Shown piece after piece: positions 27,693 to 37,354 of a stretch of 45,683 nt of DNA. The DNA is from an uncultured Candidatus Saccharibacteria bacterium (GTDB lineage: Bacteria > Patescibacteriota > Minisyncoccia > Phycocordibacterales > UBA9973): positions 8,084 through 53,766 of the forward strand of contig CAZUAA010000002.1 in assembly GCA_964618365.1 (NCBI GenBank), written 5' to 3'. Each line of letters opens with the position of its first letter. The stretch's first letter is position 1. The notes below the pieces were generated by a model. It saw only the letters and a program-made list of their open reading frames with translations, did not search any database and was not told where the DNA came from. Position numbers and translations under genes: made by a program.

Positions 27693-28394
27693 CTAGTCTA
27701 AAATCATCATCAAATGTTCCAGAATCATTTTTACCGAAGCTCCTGGTGTCCCTAAATAAATTCTCATTTTTTTAATTTCTTCTAAAATAAATATTAAATT
27801 TTTATTATTTAAATCTTTTTTCCATTTTTCATAAATAATTTTTTCTAAACTATTTAATATGGAAATAGCTCTAAAACGAAGCCCCCCACTATTATCTTTA
27901 TCCTTAAATTCTTTTATAATCTCTGCTATTTTATCAAGTCTATTCTTTAAAGAAGATTTTAAAAGTTCTTCTGCGATTTTATTTGCATCAGGTCCTGTAA
28001 TAGAAAAATCTTTAATAAGATGAACACGAGAAAGTATAGTCCCTAAAAGAAGAGACGAGTCAGGAATAATAATAAAAAAGTGAGTATTTTCATTTGGCTC
28101 TTCTATTATTTTAAGTAATGATTGTTCAGCTTCTCTATTTATAAATTTAGTATTTATAATACAAACCTTTTTACCATTACCGATTGGTTTATTTTTATGC
28201 CATTCTTTTATTTCCAGACTATCTGAAATAGAAAAAGAATCATAAGATAAAGTAAGGACATCTCCACTATTTTCTTCTATTAACTCTCTTTCTTCTAAAA
28301 TGCCTAAAATATAAGATGAGAGTACATCTCCATCTCCCTCAATAACATAACTATGATAAAGATTTTCTGGTAATAATTTAGAAAGTTTATCCAT
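27693..28394 (-). CDS. holB: DNA polymerase III delta-prime-like clamp-loader subunit (no P-loop).
   Basis: HSYVIEG start, and II.....L......LLK.IEEP......FFII...S.LL.TI.SR typical of delta'/gamma-family box VII-SRC regions. Confidence 0.6.
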   Translation of the reverse strand: MDKLSKLLPENLYHSYVIEGDGDVLSSYILGILEERELIEENSGDVLTLSYDSFSISDSLEIKEWHKNKPIGNGKKVCIINTKFINREAEQSLLKIIEEPNENTHFFIIIPDSSLLLGTILSRVHLIKDFSITGPDANKIAEELLKSSLKNRLDKIAEIIKEFKDKDNSGGLRFRAISILNSLEKIIYEKWKKDLNNKNLIFILEEIKKMRIYLGTPGASVKMILEHLMMILD

Positions 28395-28400
28395 ACAATA

Positions 28401-29267
28401 TTATTTTACATCAAAAGGAAAAATATCCCTAAGCTCATCACTATAATAAAAGTCATATGCAAGCCCCCCAAAAGTATAATCATTATTATCTATAGTTATG
28501 GTAGCCCCACCAACTTCAGGATTATCTTTTGGTAAAGATCTATAAAAACCTAAATTAAATAAAGTAGCGAGAACTTCTGGTCTATCCTTTATGTCATATC
28601 CACTTACTTCCCATTGTCTCATGATTTGCTTTAAGTAAAGAGCTGTATAAAGATATGAGTAATAATGGTCGTGACTATCCGTAAATCTAGAAAGTCTCTC
28701 AGAATCTACATCAATCACTTGTGGATTGTAATCTAAAATATTTTCAAAAGAACTTCCTAAGTAAAAATTACTCTCTCGATCTTTTAAATTATTTTCAATC
28801 ATTTTAGCTGTTTCCATTTTAATACCAGAAATACCATAAGAAAATTGAGTATAGTTACCAAGTATTTTAAGTGGTTCAAAATATTTCTTAAAAGATTCTC
28901 TGTTTGAAGTAAAGAATCTTAATTGCTCAGGTAAGACACTAGCGACAATAAGCCTAGAAGAAATTCCTGTTTCTTCGCTTATTTTTAATATCAATTCTTT
29001 ATCTTTTAAAATACCTTCTTTGAAAATATCAAACTCTGTGCTATCTAGCCACTTAGCTCTATTTAATTTATTTAAATTATTTCTATCTGTATTTTCTCTT
29101 ATATTGTTAAAAAAATTATTTCTAGAGTCTATACTACCTTTCACGTCTGTTATGTGTAATTTCATTGCAACAAAAACCGAGGTAAACAATAACCCCACAA
29201 GAGCAAAGAACCAAAGAATAATTTTAGATACTATTCTTAATATATTTTTTATTTTATTAGTTTGCAT
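28401..29267 (-). CDS. Membrane-anchored hypothetical protein.
   Basis: Long ORF with an N-terminal TM helix (IILWFFALVGLLFTSVFVAM). It is 3 nt downstream of the mreB stop. No family recognised. Confidence 0.7.
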   Translation of the reverse strand: MQTNKIKNILRIVSKIILWFFALVGLLFTSVFVAMKLHITDVKGSIDSRNNFFNNIRENTDRNNLNKLNRAKWLDSTEFDIFKEGILKDKELILKISEETGISSRLIVASVLPEQLRFFTSNRESFKKYFEPLKILGNYTQFSYGISGIKMETAKMIENNLKDRESNFYLGSSFENILDYNPQVIDVDSERLSRFTDSHDHYYSYLYTALYLKQIMRQWEVSGYDIKDRPEVLATLFNLGFYRSLPKDNPEVGGATITIDNNDYTFGGLAYDFYYSDELRDIFPFDVK

Positions 29268-29269
29268 TT

Positions 29270-30283
29270 TTACCTTTTACTAAAAATTGTTTTTTTGTAA
29301 GTATCTAAGTGATTTAGTGCTTCTCCTGTACCTTTTGCTACACAGAGAAGTGCCTCTTCTGCAACACGAGCCTTTACTCCAGTCCGACGATAGACCAAAT
29401 CTGCAAGGTTTCTCAATTGAGCAGTTCCACCTGTCATTATTATCCCATCATCTATGATATCTGCAGCAAGTTCAGGGGGAGTTTCTGATAAAACACTTTT
29501 TATTGCATTTATCATTATTTTTAATTCTTTATCTATTGCGCGCACTATTTCATTGGTCGAGATTTGAGCAGTTCTAGGTAATCCTTGTATAAAATCTCTA
29601 CCTTTTATTGTAATTGTAATTTCTTCTTCTACGGGAACAGCGGAACCAATTTTTATTTTTATTGCTTCTGCTGTTTTGTCTCCAATAGCTAAATTAAAAT
29701 TTTTCTTTATATAATCAGTTATCGCTTGATCAATTTTATCTCCAGCACACTTCACAGAAGTAGAAGCCACTATCCCGCCGAGTGCTATAACTGCGACATC
29801 TGTAGTGCCTCCACCTATATCCATTATCATATAGCCACGAGATTCATTTATAGGAATACCAGCTCCGATAGCTGCCAAAATTGGCTCTTTGACCACATAA
29901 GCATTCTTGGCCCCAGCTCTTATTGCAGCCTCCACTACAGCACGACGCTCTGTCGAAGTAATACCTGCAGGCACAGATACCATGACATCCGGCTTCCACA
30001 AATTAAATTTTCCTAGAGTCTTTCCTATAAAGTATCGGAGCATCGCTTCAGTTACTCTATAATCCGCAATAACCCCATCTTTCATTGGACGATAAACGAT
30101 GATGCTTTCGGGTGTTTTACCAACCATTTCTTTTGCTTCAAGCCCTATTGCAAGCACAGTATTGTCTTGTTCAGAGACAGCCACAACAGACGGTTCATTA
30201 AGTACGATACCCTTGCCTGGTAAGTAGACAAGTGTGTTTGCAGTTCCCAAATCTATTCCTAATTTTTTTGAAAAAATAGACAT
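29270..30283 (-). CDS. mreB: Rod-shape-determining actin homologue MreB.
   Basis: GIDLGTANTLVY, DIGGGTTD and MTGGTAQLRNL. Confidence 0.95.
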   Translation of the reverse strand: MSIFSKKLGIDLGTANTLVYLPGKGIVLNEPSVVAVSEQDNTVLAIGLEAKEMVGKTPESIIVYRPMKDGVIADYRVTEAMLRYFIGKTLGKFNLWKPDVMVSVPAGITSTERRAVVEAAIRAGAKNAYVVKEPILAAIGAGIPINESRGYMIMDIGGGTTDVAVIALGGIVASTSVKCAGDKIDQAITDYIKKNFNLAIGDKTAEAIKIKIGSAVPVEEEITITIKGRDFIQGLPRTAQISTNEIVRAIDKELKIMINAIKSVLSETPPELAADIIDDGIIMTGGTAQLRNLADLVYRRTGVKARVAEEALLCVAKGTGEALNHLDTYKKTIFSKR

Positions 30284-30391
30284 ATTATTACAATCTTCAA
30301 TATATCACAAAATCCAAAAATTGACACTATTATCAAATGATATAATTCAAGTAACTATGTATTCAATATAATATTATGTTAACATATCAAT

Positions 30392-32344
30392 ATGTATATC
30401 ATAACTGTTATTCCAATTGAAAAAGGACCTTTTGGGGAAAGTCTCACCTATTTCTATCCAACAGATATTCCTATTGGGTATATCGTCTCTGCACCACTCA
30501 GGTCAAGGTCAATAAACGCAATTGTGGTAGATAAAGAAGAAATTAAAGATATAAAATCTGATATTAAAAATGCTGATTTCACTCTTAAAAAAATCACAAA
30601 GGTTATAGGAGAATCTCCTTTTGATAAAAGTTTTTTTGAAACTTGTGAAAAAATGGGTATCTATACTATGAGTAACACTGGGACAATAATCAAAAATCTT
30701 ATACCAGTAGATATTTTAGAAAACCTGGATGAATTAAAAAGAAAGGAAAAAGAAAAAGTAAAAGAAGAAATAATAAAAGAAATAAAACAAGAAAAATTGA
30801 TCTTCCAATCACCAGAAGAAGATCGAATCGCTTTTTACAAAACTCTCATAAGAGAAGCTTTTGCAAAAAAAGAATCTATATTTATTTGTATGCCGACAAG
30901 GTATGACATAGAAATATTTGAAAATGAGCTTAAAAAAGGTATCGAGCAATATGTCTTCTCTTTTCATGGGGAAATAAAAAAGAAAAAAATGTTGAGTGAT
31001 TACAATAAATGTATTTCATCTCCTCATCCTGTGCTTATAATAGGAACAGGTAAATTTTTATTTATAGATAGAGATGATATTAAAACTATAATTCTAGAAC
31101 ATGAAAGTAGCGACTCCTATAAACAATTTATAAGACCCTATCTAGATATAAGAAGTTTTGTTGAATCTCTTTCTTTTAACAAAAAAATAAAACTAATAAT
31201 AGGAGATAATATCTTAAGACCAGAAACATTGTGGAGGCATGAAGAAAAAGAGCTTAGTGAAATATCTTCTCCTGTATTTAGACTTCCACAAATAGAAAAC
31301 AGGATCTTAGTAGATATGAAAGAAGAAACAGTTGATAAAACAAATAAAAAGTTTGCAATACTAGGAGAAGAAACAATAAAAACAATAACTAAAGCATTAG
31401 AAAAGAATAAATCTGTTTTTTTATTTTCTGTTAGAAAAGGTCTTGCCCCTATAACAATATGCTATGACTGTGGAAGTACACTTCTTTGTCCATCCTGTGA
31501 TACTCCAATAGTTTTATATAGTGTTAAAGATAAAAACAATAAAAATTCAAAAGAAAGAATCTTTATGTGTAATAAATGTGGCAAAAAAGAAAAAACGGAA
31601 ACAAGATGCCCCAAATGTAATTCTTGGAATCTAACTCCACTTGGCATAGGGACAGAAAGAGTAGAAGAAGAAATAAAAAGTATTTTCCCCAAAATAGATG
31701 TTTATCTTTTTGACAAAGAAAGTATTGGAAATGATAAAGAGGCCAGAGAAAAAATAGAAAAATTCAAAAAATCAAAAGCTAGCATCCTAATAGGAACAGA
31801 ATTAGTATTTTCATATTTAGATGAAAAAATATACGATAGTGTTGTTATTTCCCTAGATGGTCTTATGTCTATTCCTAGTTTTAACATGACTCAAAAGATA
31901 ATTCATACAATAGAGAAATTGCATTCTGTAACAGAAAATAATCTAGTAATTCAAACAAGAATTTCAAATAATCATACTTTAAAACAGATACTAACAGGAA
32001 ATATTTTACCTCTTTATAGAGAAGAAATAAAAGAAAGAAAAGACTACAATTATCCTCCATTTAAAAAGCTTATTAAAATAACTTTTACTGGAACAAAAGA
32101 AGAAAACGAGAAAGCCAGAATATTTATAAATAACGTCTTGGGTGGTTATGATCCTCAAATATTTAGTGCTTTTGTGGGAAAAATTAGAGGAGAATATATA
32201 ACAAATACAATAATAAGAATAGAGCCGAAGCTTTGGCAGATTCCAAATATAAAAGATAATATAATCTCAATACACCTAAGAGATAGCTTAATGAAACTTC
32301 CACCATCATTTTCTATAAACATAGATCCCGAGGATCTATTATAA
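30392..32344 (+). CDS. priA: Primosomal protein N' (PriA)-like, with degenerate ATPase motifs.
   Basis: PriA Cys-rich insertion CYDCGSTLLCPSCDTPIVL...MCNKCG...RCPKCNS. The N-terminal 3'-binding-domain-like region and helicase lobes align, but the Walker A and DEEH positions are not conserved. Confidence 0.75.
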   Translation: MYIITVIPIEKGPFGESLTYFYPTDIPIGYIVSAPLRSRSINAIVVDKEEIKDIKSDIKNADFTLKKITKVIGESPFDKSFFETCEKMGIYTMSNTGTIIKNLIPVDILENLDELKRKEKEKVKEEIIKEIKQEKLIFQSPEEDRIAFYKTLIREAFAKKESIFICMPTRYDIEIFENELKKGIEQYVFSFHGEIKKKKMLSDYNKCISSPHPVLIIGTGKFLFIDRDDIKTIILEHESSDSYKQFIRPYLDIRSFVESLSFNKKIKLIIGDNILRPETLWRHEEKELSEISSPVFRLPQIENRILVDMKEETVDKTNKKFAILGEETIKTITKALEKNKSVFLFSVRKGLAPITICYDCGSTLLCPSCDTPIVLYSVKDKNNKNSKERIFMCNKCGKKEKTETRCPKCNSWNLTPLGIGTERVEEEIKSIFPKIDVYLFDKESIGNDKEAREKIEKFKKSKASILIGTELVFSYLDEKIYDSVVISLDGLMSIPSFNMTQKIIHTIEKLHSVTENNLVIQTRISNNHTLKQILTGNILPLYREEIKERKDYNYPPFKKLIKITFTGTKEENEKARIFINNVLGGYDPQIFSAFVGKIRGEYITNTIIRIEPKLWQIPNIKDNIISIHLRDSLMKLPPSFSINIDPEDLL

Positions 32345-32347
32345 AAC

Positions 32348-32376
32348 TTGATTAGAAATAAAATATATGATAACAT
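32348..32376 (+). promoter_or_regulatory. TTGATT-N17-(TGA)TAACAT promoter, 9 nt before the rpsU ATG.
   Basis: Hexamers at 32348-32353 and 32371-32376. Confidence 0.5.
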
Positions 32377-32385
32377 ATAAACACT

Positions 32386-32628
32386 ATGATTACAGTAATT
32401 GAAGTCAAAAAAAATTCAAACGAGAGCAATATGAACCTTATAAGAAGGTTTACTCGTAAGGTCCAAGAATCTGGAATTATCCAGAAGGTTAAAAGTAAAA
32501 GATATAATGAAAGAGCAGAATCAAAAGTTAAGGTAAAGGCTCATGCTTTAAAAAGACTAAATAAAAGAAAAGCAAATGAAAAGCTTTTAAAATTGGGTAA
32601 AGCCTTAAAGGGAAGAAAAAAAAGATAA
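32386..32628 (+). CDS. rpsU: 30S ribosomal protein S21.
   Basis: Small basic protein with the S21 pattern (V.V......N...LRRF.R.V..SG......KR.YE..SE). Confidence 0.9.
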   Translation: MITVIEVKKNSNESNMNLIRRFTRKVQESGIIQKVKSKRYNERAESKVKVKAHALKRLNKRKANEKLLKLGKALKGRKKR

Positions 32629-32629
32629 G

Positions 32630-33016
32630 ATGATCGATCAAGAATTCTGTATAATCAAAAACGAAACAAAAGGCAAGCTTCCAAGCTTGCCTTTTGCTTC
32701 AATTAAAGAAAAGATACTTGGTAAAAAGTATGATTTATCAGTTACTTTTTTAAATGAAAAAGACCAAAAAAGAATAAATAAAAAATATCGAAACAAGAAC
32801 AAAACTACCAATATACTATCCTTCCCCCTTACACCTAAATCCGGTGAAATAACTTTTGACCCAAAGAAAGTTAAAGGGGATGCCCCACTTTTTGATATGA
32901 GTTACAAAAATTTTCTTAAGCTTTTATTTATCCACGGGTGTTTACATTTGAAAGGTTTCGAACATAGTAGTAGAATGGAAAAAGAGGAACAAAAATTTAT
33001 GAAAATATTCTCTTAA
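32630..33016 (+). CDS. ybeY: rRNA maturation endoribonuclease YbeY.
   Basis: Zinc motif HGCLHLKGFEH, and TNILSFP. Confidence 0.9.
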   Translation: MIDQEFCIIKNETKGKLPSLPFASIKEKILGKKYDLSVTFLNEKDQKRINKKYRNKNKTTNILSFPLTPKSGEITFDPKKVKGDAPLFDMSYKNFLKLLFIHGCLHLKGFEHSSRMEKEEQKFMKIFS

Positions 33017-33034
33017 TAATTAATCACTTTTATA

Positions 33035-34210
33035 ATGAATAAGAACAATTACACCTGTGGTATAGATATTGGTTCGAGTATTACAAAAGTTGTAGTACTC
33101 GGTTATGAAAAAGGAAATAAAGAAATGACTCTTCTTGCGTCTTCTTATTCAGAAACAAAAGGAATGAGACTAGGATACATAACAAACATAGATCAAGTCG
33201 CATTGAGTGTAAAAAAAGCAATATCCCAAGTAGAAAATAATTTAGGATTTAAAATAAGAAATGCATATATATCCATAGAGGGTGTGAATTTAGGATCATC
33301 TATCTCTTTTGGTTCCACTATCATTTCAAAAGCCGATCAAGAAATAACAGAACTCGATATACATAAAGCCATAGATGTAAGTGAGGAAAATTTAGATTCA
33401 CCTAATAAAAAAATAATCCACACTATTCCCCTTTCTTATAAAATAGATGGTAAAGAAATTTACGGCAGACCAGAGGGTATGAAAGGTATTAAGCTCGAAG
33501 TTAGGACGCTTTTTATAACATGTTCAAAGCAAAATATAGAAGATCTAATTACTGTTTTTGGTTTACTAAAAATAGATATACTGGACGTTATAGCTTCCCC
33601 TATCGCTTCTAGTAATATCCTTTTAAATATAAAACAAAAAACTGCAGGGTGTGCACTTTTGGATATTGGATCAGATACAGTATCTTTGGCTGTTTTTGAG
33701 GACAATTCCCCCATCTCTACAATAATTTTCCCTTTCGGAAGTGTAGATATTACAAAAGACATAGCATTAGGTTTCAAAATAAGCCTAGAAGAAGCAGATA
33801 GTATAAAACACGGTAGTGTAATAGGGGCAGATTATTCAAAGAAAAAAATAGATGAGATAATAGAAGCAAGATTAGTAGATATTTTTGAATTAGTTAACAA
33901 TCATTTAAAAAAATTAAAAAGGAATGAGCTTCTTCCTGCAGGTATAGTAATCACAGGAGGTGGAGCAAATATGAACAAGATAGAAGAAATAGCAAAAAGA
34001 GAACTTAAACTTCCTGCTCATGTTGGCCCCTCTGATGCAACGATAAATAATAAATTAAAAATCAAAGACTCATCTTGGTATGTTGCATATGGCCTCGCAT
34101 TATCATCAAAAGAAGAATTTAATGATAAAAATATTTATAATTCTTTAGGTGTAGATGTAAAACAAGTCAAAGGATTCTTCAAAAGTATTTTTTCTCAGCT
34201 TCTTCCTTAA
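33035..34210 (+). CDS. ftsA: Cell division protein FtsA.
   Basis: Actin-fold motifs GIDIGSS, LDIGSDT and ITGGGANM. Lies directly upstream of ftsZ. Confidence 0.9.
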   Translation: MNKNNYTCGIDIGSSITKVVVLGYEKGNKEMTLLASSYSETKGMRLGYITNIDQVALSVKKAISQVENNLGFKIRNAYISIEGVNLGSSISFGSTIISKADQEITELDIHKAIDVSEENLDSPNKKIIHTIPLSYKIDGKEIYGRPEGMKGIKLEVRTLFITCSKQNIEDLITVFGLLKIDILDVIASPIASSNILLNIKQKTAGCALLDIGSDTVSLAVFEDNSPISTIIFPFGSVDITKDIALGFKISLEEADSIKHGSVIGADYSKKKIDEIIEARLVDIFELVNNHLKKLKRNELLPAGIVITGGGANMNKIEEIAKRELKLPAHVGPSDATINNKLKIKDSSWYVAYGLALSSKEEFNDKNIYNSLGVDVKQVKGFFKSIFSQLLP

Positions 34211-34339
34211 AAAAGCATAAATAATCATTTTACAAAGACACAATACTGGATATTGTCAAATATATTCTTTTTTATGATTTTCTGCTATTATATGAGTATA
34301 AAATTATTAGTAAAGAAAGACTTTCAGTCTATAAAAAAT

Positions 34340-35521
34340 ATGCCTAAAATAAACCCAGAAATAGAATCATTTGCAAGAATCAAAGTTATCGGAATCGGTG
34401 GCTCAGGTAAGAATGCCTTAAACCACATGATAAACTCAAAAGTCAAAGGAGTAGAATTTATAGTGATGAATACAGACACTCAGGATCTTCACAATTCTCT
34501 TGCAGACAAAAAAGTTCACCTAGGGAAGAATTTAACAAAAGGTCTAGGAGCTGGAATGAACCCAGAAGTAGGAAGACGTGCAGCAGAAGAAACTAAAGCC
34601 GAAATCCAAGATGTGATAAAGGGTGCAGATATGGTATTTATCGCTTGTGGTATGGGAGGAGGTACAGGTACAGGAGCAGCTCCGATTGTCGCCCAGGCAG
34701 CCAAAGAACAAGGTATCCTCACTGTTGCAGTTGTTACAAAACCATTTTCTTTTGAAGGAAACCAAAGAATGAAATTAGCTGAAGATGGTCTTTCTCTTTT
34801 AGAAAAAGAAGTTGATGCGATTTTAGTTATTCCCAATGATAGACTTATAGTCATCTCTGGTAAAGATGTTGGCTTCCGTCAAGCTTTTGCAATGTGTGAT
34901 GAAGTCTTAAAGCAAGCTGTTGAAGGAATCTCGGAGCTTATTACAACTCCAGGAATGATAAATGTGGACTTTGCAGATATCAAAGCAGTAATGAGTGACG
35001 CAGGAAGTGCTCTTATGGGAGTAGGAATAGCAGCAGGAGAAGGTAGAGCTGAGAAAGCTGCATTATCTGCTATTAATTCTCCTCTTCTTGATTTATCTAT
35101 ATCAGGAGCTCATGGAGTACTCTTTGCTATATCAGGTGGAGATGATCTTACTATTCACGAAATCCAAGAAGCTGCAAAGGTAATCACCGAATCCATAGAT
35201 AAAGATGCTAAGGTTATATTTGGTACAATTAGAGATGAAAAATTAAAGAAAGGTGAAATGAAGGTTACTGTAATAGCTACAGGGTTCCCTACCGACATGC
35301 CAAAAAGATCACTTTTCCAATCTTCAAAAAGCTTAATGGACTCTCCAATACTAAATAACACGAAAGAAAAAGAAGAAATAATTAAAACAGAACCAAAAGA
35401 AAGTTCTTCTGATTACATAAAGAAAAGTTCAGAGAAAGTTGAAAAAATAGAAGATGATCTATTTATTGATGATACAGACGACTGGAGTACAGTCCCAGCA
35501 TTTTTAAGAAGAAAAAGATAA
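34340..35521 (+). CDS. ftsZ: Cell division GTPase FtsZ.
   Basis: IKVIGIGGSGKNA, NTDTQ and GMGGGTGTGAAP. I prefer the start at MPKINPE (34340); the 29-codon extension from 34253 is hydrophobic junk. Confidence 0.95.
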   Translation: MPKINPEIESFARIKVIGIGGSGKNALNHMINSKVKGVEFIVMNTDTQDLHNSLADKKVHLGKNLTKGLGAGMNPEVGRRAAEETKAEIQDVIKGADMVFIACGMGGGTGTGAAPIVAQAAKEQGILTVAVVTKPFSFEGNQRMKLAEDGLSLLEKEVDAILVIPNDRLIVISGKDVGFRQAFAMCDEVLKQAVEGISELITTPGMINVDFADIKAVMSDAGSALMGVGIAAGEGRAEKAALSAINSPLLDLSISGAHGVLFAISGGDDLTIHEIQEAAKVITESIDKDAKVIFGTIRDEKLKKGEMKVTVIATGFPTDMPKRSLFQSSKSLMDSPILNNTKEKEEIIKTEPKESSSDYIKKSSEKVEKIEDDLFIDDTDDWSTVPAFLRRKR

Positions 35522-35550
35522 AAAATGCCCTTATGGGCATTTTTTATTTT
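35521..35550 (+). terminator. Rho-independent terminator after ftsZ.
   Basis: aaaaatgccc-ttat-gggcattttt followed by a T run. Confidence 0.8.
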
Positions 35551-35553
35551 ATA

Positions 35554-35562
35554 TGTTAAAAT
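35554..35562 (+). promoter_or_regulatory. Extended -10 (TGTTAAAAT), 7 nt before the trxB ATG at 35570.
   Basis: Sequence match just after the ftsZ terminator. Confidence 0.5.
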
Positions 35563-35569
35563 AATTTTT

Positions 35570-36499
35570 ATGTATGATTTAATCATTTTAGGAGGAGGTC
35601 CCGCAGGAGCAGCCGCAGCTGTATATGCAGCTCGCAAACAATTAAAAACTGCTATCATTGCTTACTTATTTGAGGGACAATCAATAGTTTCGGAAAAAAT
35701 TTATAATTGGATAGGAACTCCCGAGATTTCTGGAAGCGAGCTTTCTCATAGTCTTAAAAAGCACATCGATTATTATAAGGGTGATTATCTGGATATAATT
35801 GAAGGTGAAAAAATTTCAAATATATCAAAACAGACTGACAATTCATTTAAAGTTCAATCCGAATCTGGTAAGGAATTTTTTAGTAGAGCCATAATAATAG
35901 CCACAGGGAGTGGAAGAAGGAAGCTTGAAGCTATTAATGCAGATAAATTTGATAATAAAGGTATAGTCTATTGTGCCTCTTGTGATGGACCTCTTTTTGC
36001 AGACCAAGATGTGGTCGTCGTGGGTGGAGGAAATGCAGCATTTGAAACTTCTGCACAATTACTTTCTTATTGCAAAAGTGTCACTCTTTTAAATCGTAGT
36101 GAGAATTTTCGAGCCGATGAAATAACTATCAAAAAAGTCAAAGAAAATCCAAAATTCAGTATTATTACAAATGCCATAATTACTAAAATCGACGGAGAAC
36201 AATTTGTAAATTCATTAACTTATAAAGATACAAAAACGGAAATTGAATACAATATTCAGACAACAGGTATTTTTGTTGAGATTGGCCAAATACCAAATGT
36301 CCTATTTGCCAAAGGTCTTGTTGAACTAGATGAAATTGGAAAAATAAAAGTAGATCCTATGACCCAGGCTACATCTGTCGCAGGAGTTTGGTCTGCTGGA
36401 GACTGTACTAATGGAAAATACCACCAAAACAATATCGCTGCTGGCGATGCTGTTAAAGCTCTCGAAGATGCCTATATGTGGCTACATAGAAATAAATAA
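35570..36499 (+). CDS. trxB: Thioredoxin-disulfide reductase.
   Basis: GGGPAGAAAAVYAAR, redox CASCDG and GGGNAAFE. Start MYDLIILGG at 35570; the 35525 start would read through the ftsZ terminator hairpin. Confidence 0.9.
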   Translation: MYDLIILGGGPAGAAAAVYAARKQLKTAIIAYLFEGQSIVSEKIYNWIGTPEISGSELSHSLKKHIDYYKGDYLDIIEGEKISNISKQTDNSFKVQSESGKEFFSRAIIIATGSGRRKLEAINADKFDNKGIVYCASCDGPLFADQDVVVVGGGNAAFETSAQLLSYCKSVTLLNRSENFRADEITIKKVKENPKFSIITNAIITKIDGEQFVNSLTYKDTKTEIEYNIQTTGIFVEIGQIPNVLFAKGLVELDEIGKIKVDPMTQATSVAGVWSAGDCTNGKYHQNNIAAGDAVKALEDAYMWLHRNK

Positions 36500-36542
36500 T
36501 TAAAATACATAATAAAAATATTCTGGAGTGAATCCTTATATT

Positions 36543-37304
36543 TTATTTTAAATCTTTACGTATTATTTCTTCTAATTTCTCTAGTTCCGCTTTTGAATTT
36601 GGCTGAAACATTTCAATAATATTTGAGACTGGAACAGCTTCTACTTTGTATCCCTCTTTAAAAGCTATCTTTATGAGATCAGTAAGATAATACTCACCTG
36701 ATGCATTATTGTTTTTTAGATTGTCGATATTTTCCCATAACCATTTCGCATTAAATGCATAAATAGCATAATTAATCTCTTTTATTTGCCTTTCCTCTTC
36801 TGTCGCATCTTTATATTCGGTAATCCCTATTACTTTATTATTATCGTCTCTGATTATTCTTCCTAAATGATAAGCTCCCTCTCTCCAATCTAAAAAATCA
36901 GGAAGAACAACAGTTCCAAGTGTAATAACAGCCTCACTTTTTTCATGCGTTTCTATTACTTTTTTTAATGTGTCTTTGGAGAGCATCGGCTGATCCGCAG
37001 ATAAAACGACAACAGTCCTGTGCTCTGGATGAGTCTTGTATTTAGCAGACATTACAGCATGCCCTGTACCCAATGGCTCTTCCTGAATAGCATAATTAAG
37101 ATCTTCTCCAAATTCTTCAAATATTCTTTCCTTTTTATACCCAACAACTATAACTAGTTTAATCGATAAATCAAAGTCTGAAACTGTGTCCAATATATAA
37201 GACAAAAAAGGCTTGCCCATAAGATGTGCAAGTGGTTTTGGGTCATCGGACTCCATTCTCTTCCCTTTCCCTGCTGCTAAAATTATTATTTGTGTATTTT
37301 GCAT
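36543..37304 (-). CDS. Sugar-phosphate nucleotidyltransferase (GlmU N-terminal-domain-like, no acetyltransferase domain).
   Basis: [14 protein letters not shown] and GTGHAV motifs. At 253 aa it has no left-handed beta-helix part. Confidence 0.8.
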   Translation of the reverse strand: MQNTQIIILAAGKGKRMESDDPKPLAHLMGKPFLSYILDTVSDFDLSIKLVIVVGYKKERIFEEFGEDLNYAIQEEPLGTGHAVMSAKYKTHPEHRTVVVLSADQPMLSKDTLKKVIETHEKSEAVITLGTVVLPDFLDWREGAYHLGRIIRDDNNKVIGITEYKDATEEERQIKEINYAIYAFNAKWLWENIDNLKNNNASGEYYLTDLIKIAFKEGYKVEAVPVSNIIEMFQPNSKAELEKLEEIIRKDLK

Positions 37305-37325
37305 AAAAAATTGTTTTAATTTTTG

Positions 37326-37353
37326 TAAAAAATAAAATTACTTAAGTAATTTT
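37326..37353 (-). terminator. Terminator closing the tRNA-Ser / tRNA-Val / ncRNA unit.
   Basis: Palindrome aaaattactt/aagtaatttt followed by TTTTTT on the minus strand. Confidence 0.65.
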
Positions 37354-37354
37354 A

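Noticed and set aside
34253-34339. N-terminal extensions suggested by the ORF track: ftsZ from 34253, trxB from 35525, GATase from 43599, the 2-TM gene from GTG 4059 and mnmA from 19495.
   Set aside because: The extensions add non-conserved residues, in two cases read through terminator hairpins, and ignore ATGs that sit at the recurrent 6-8 nt distance from a -10 box or at the conserved N terminus.
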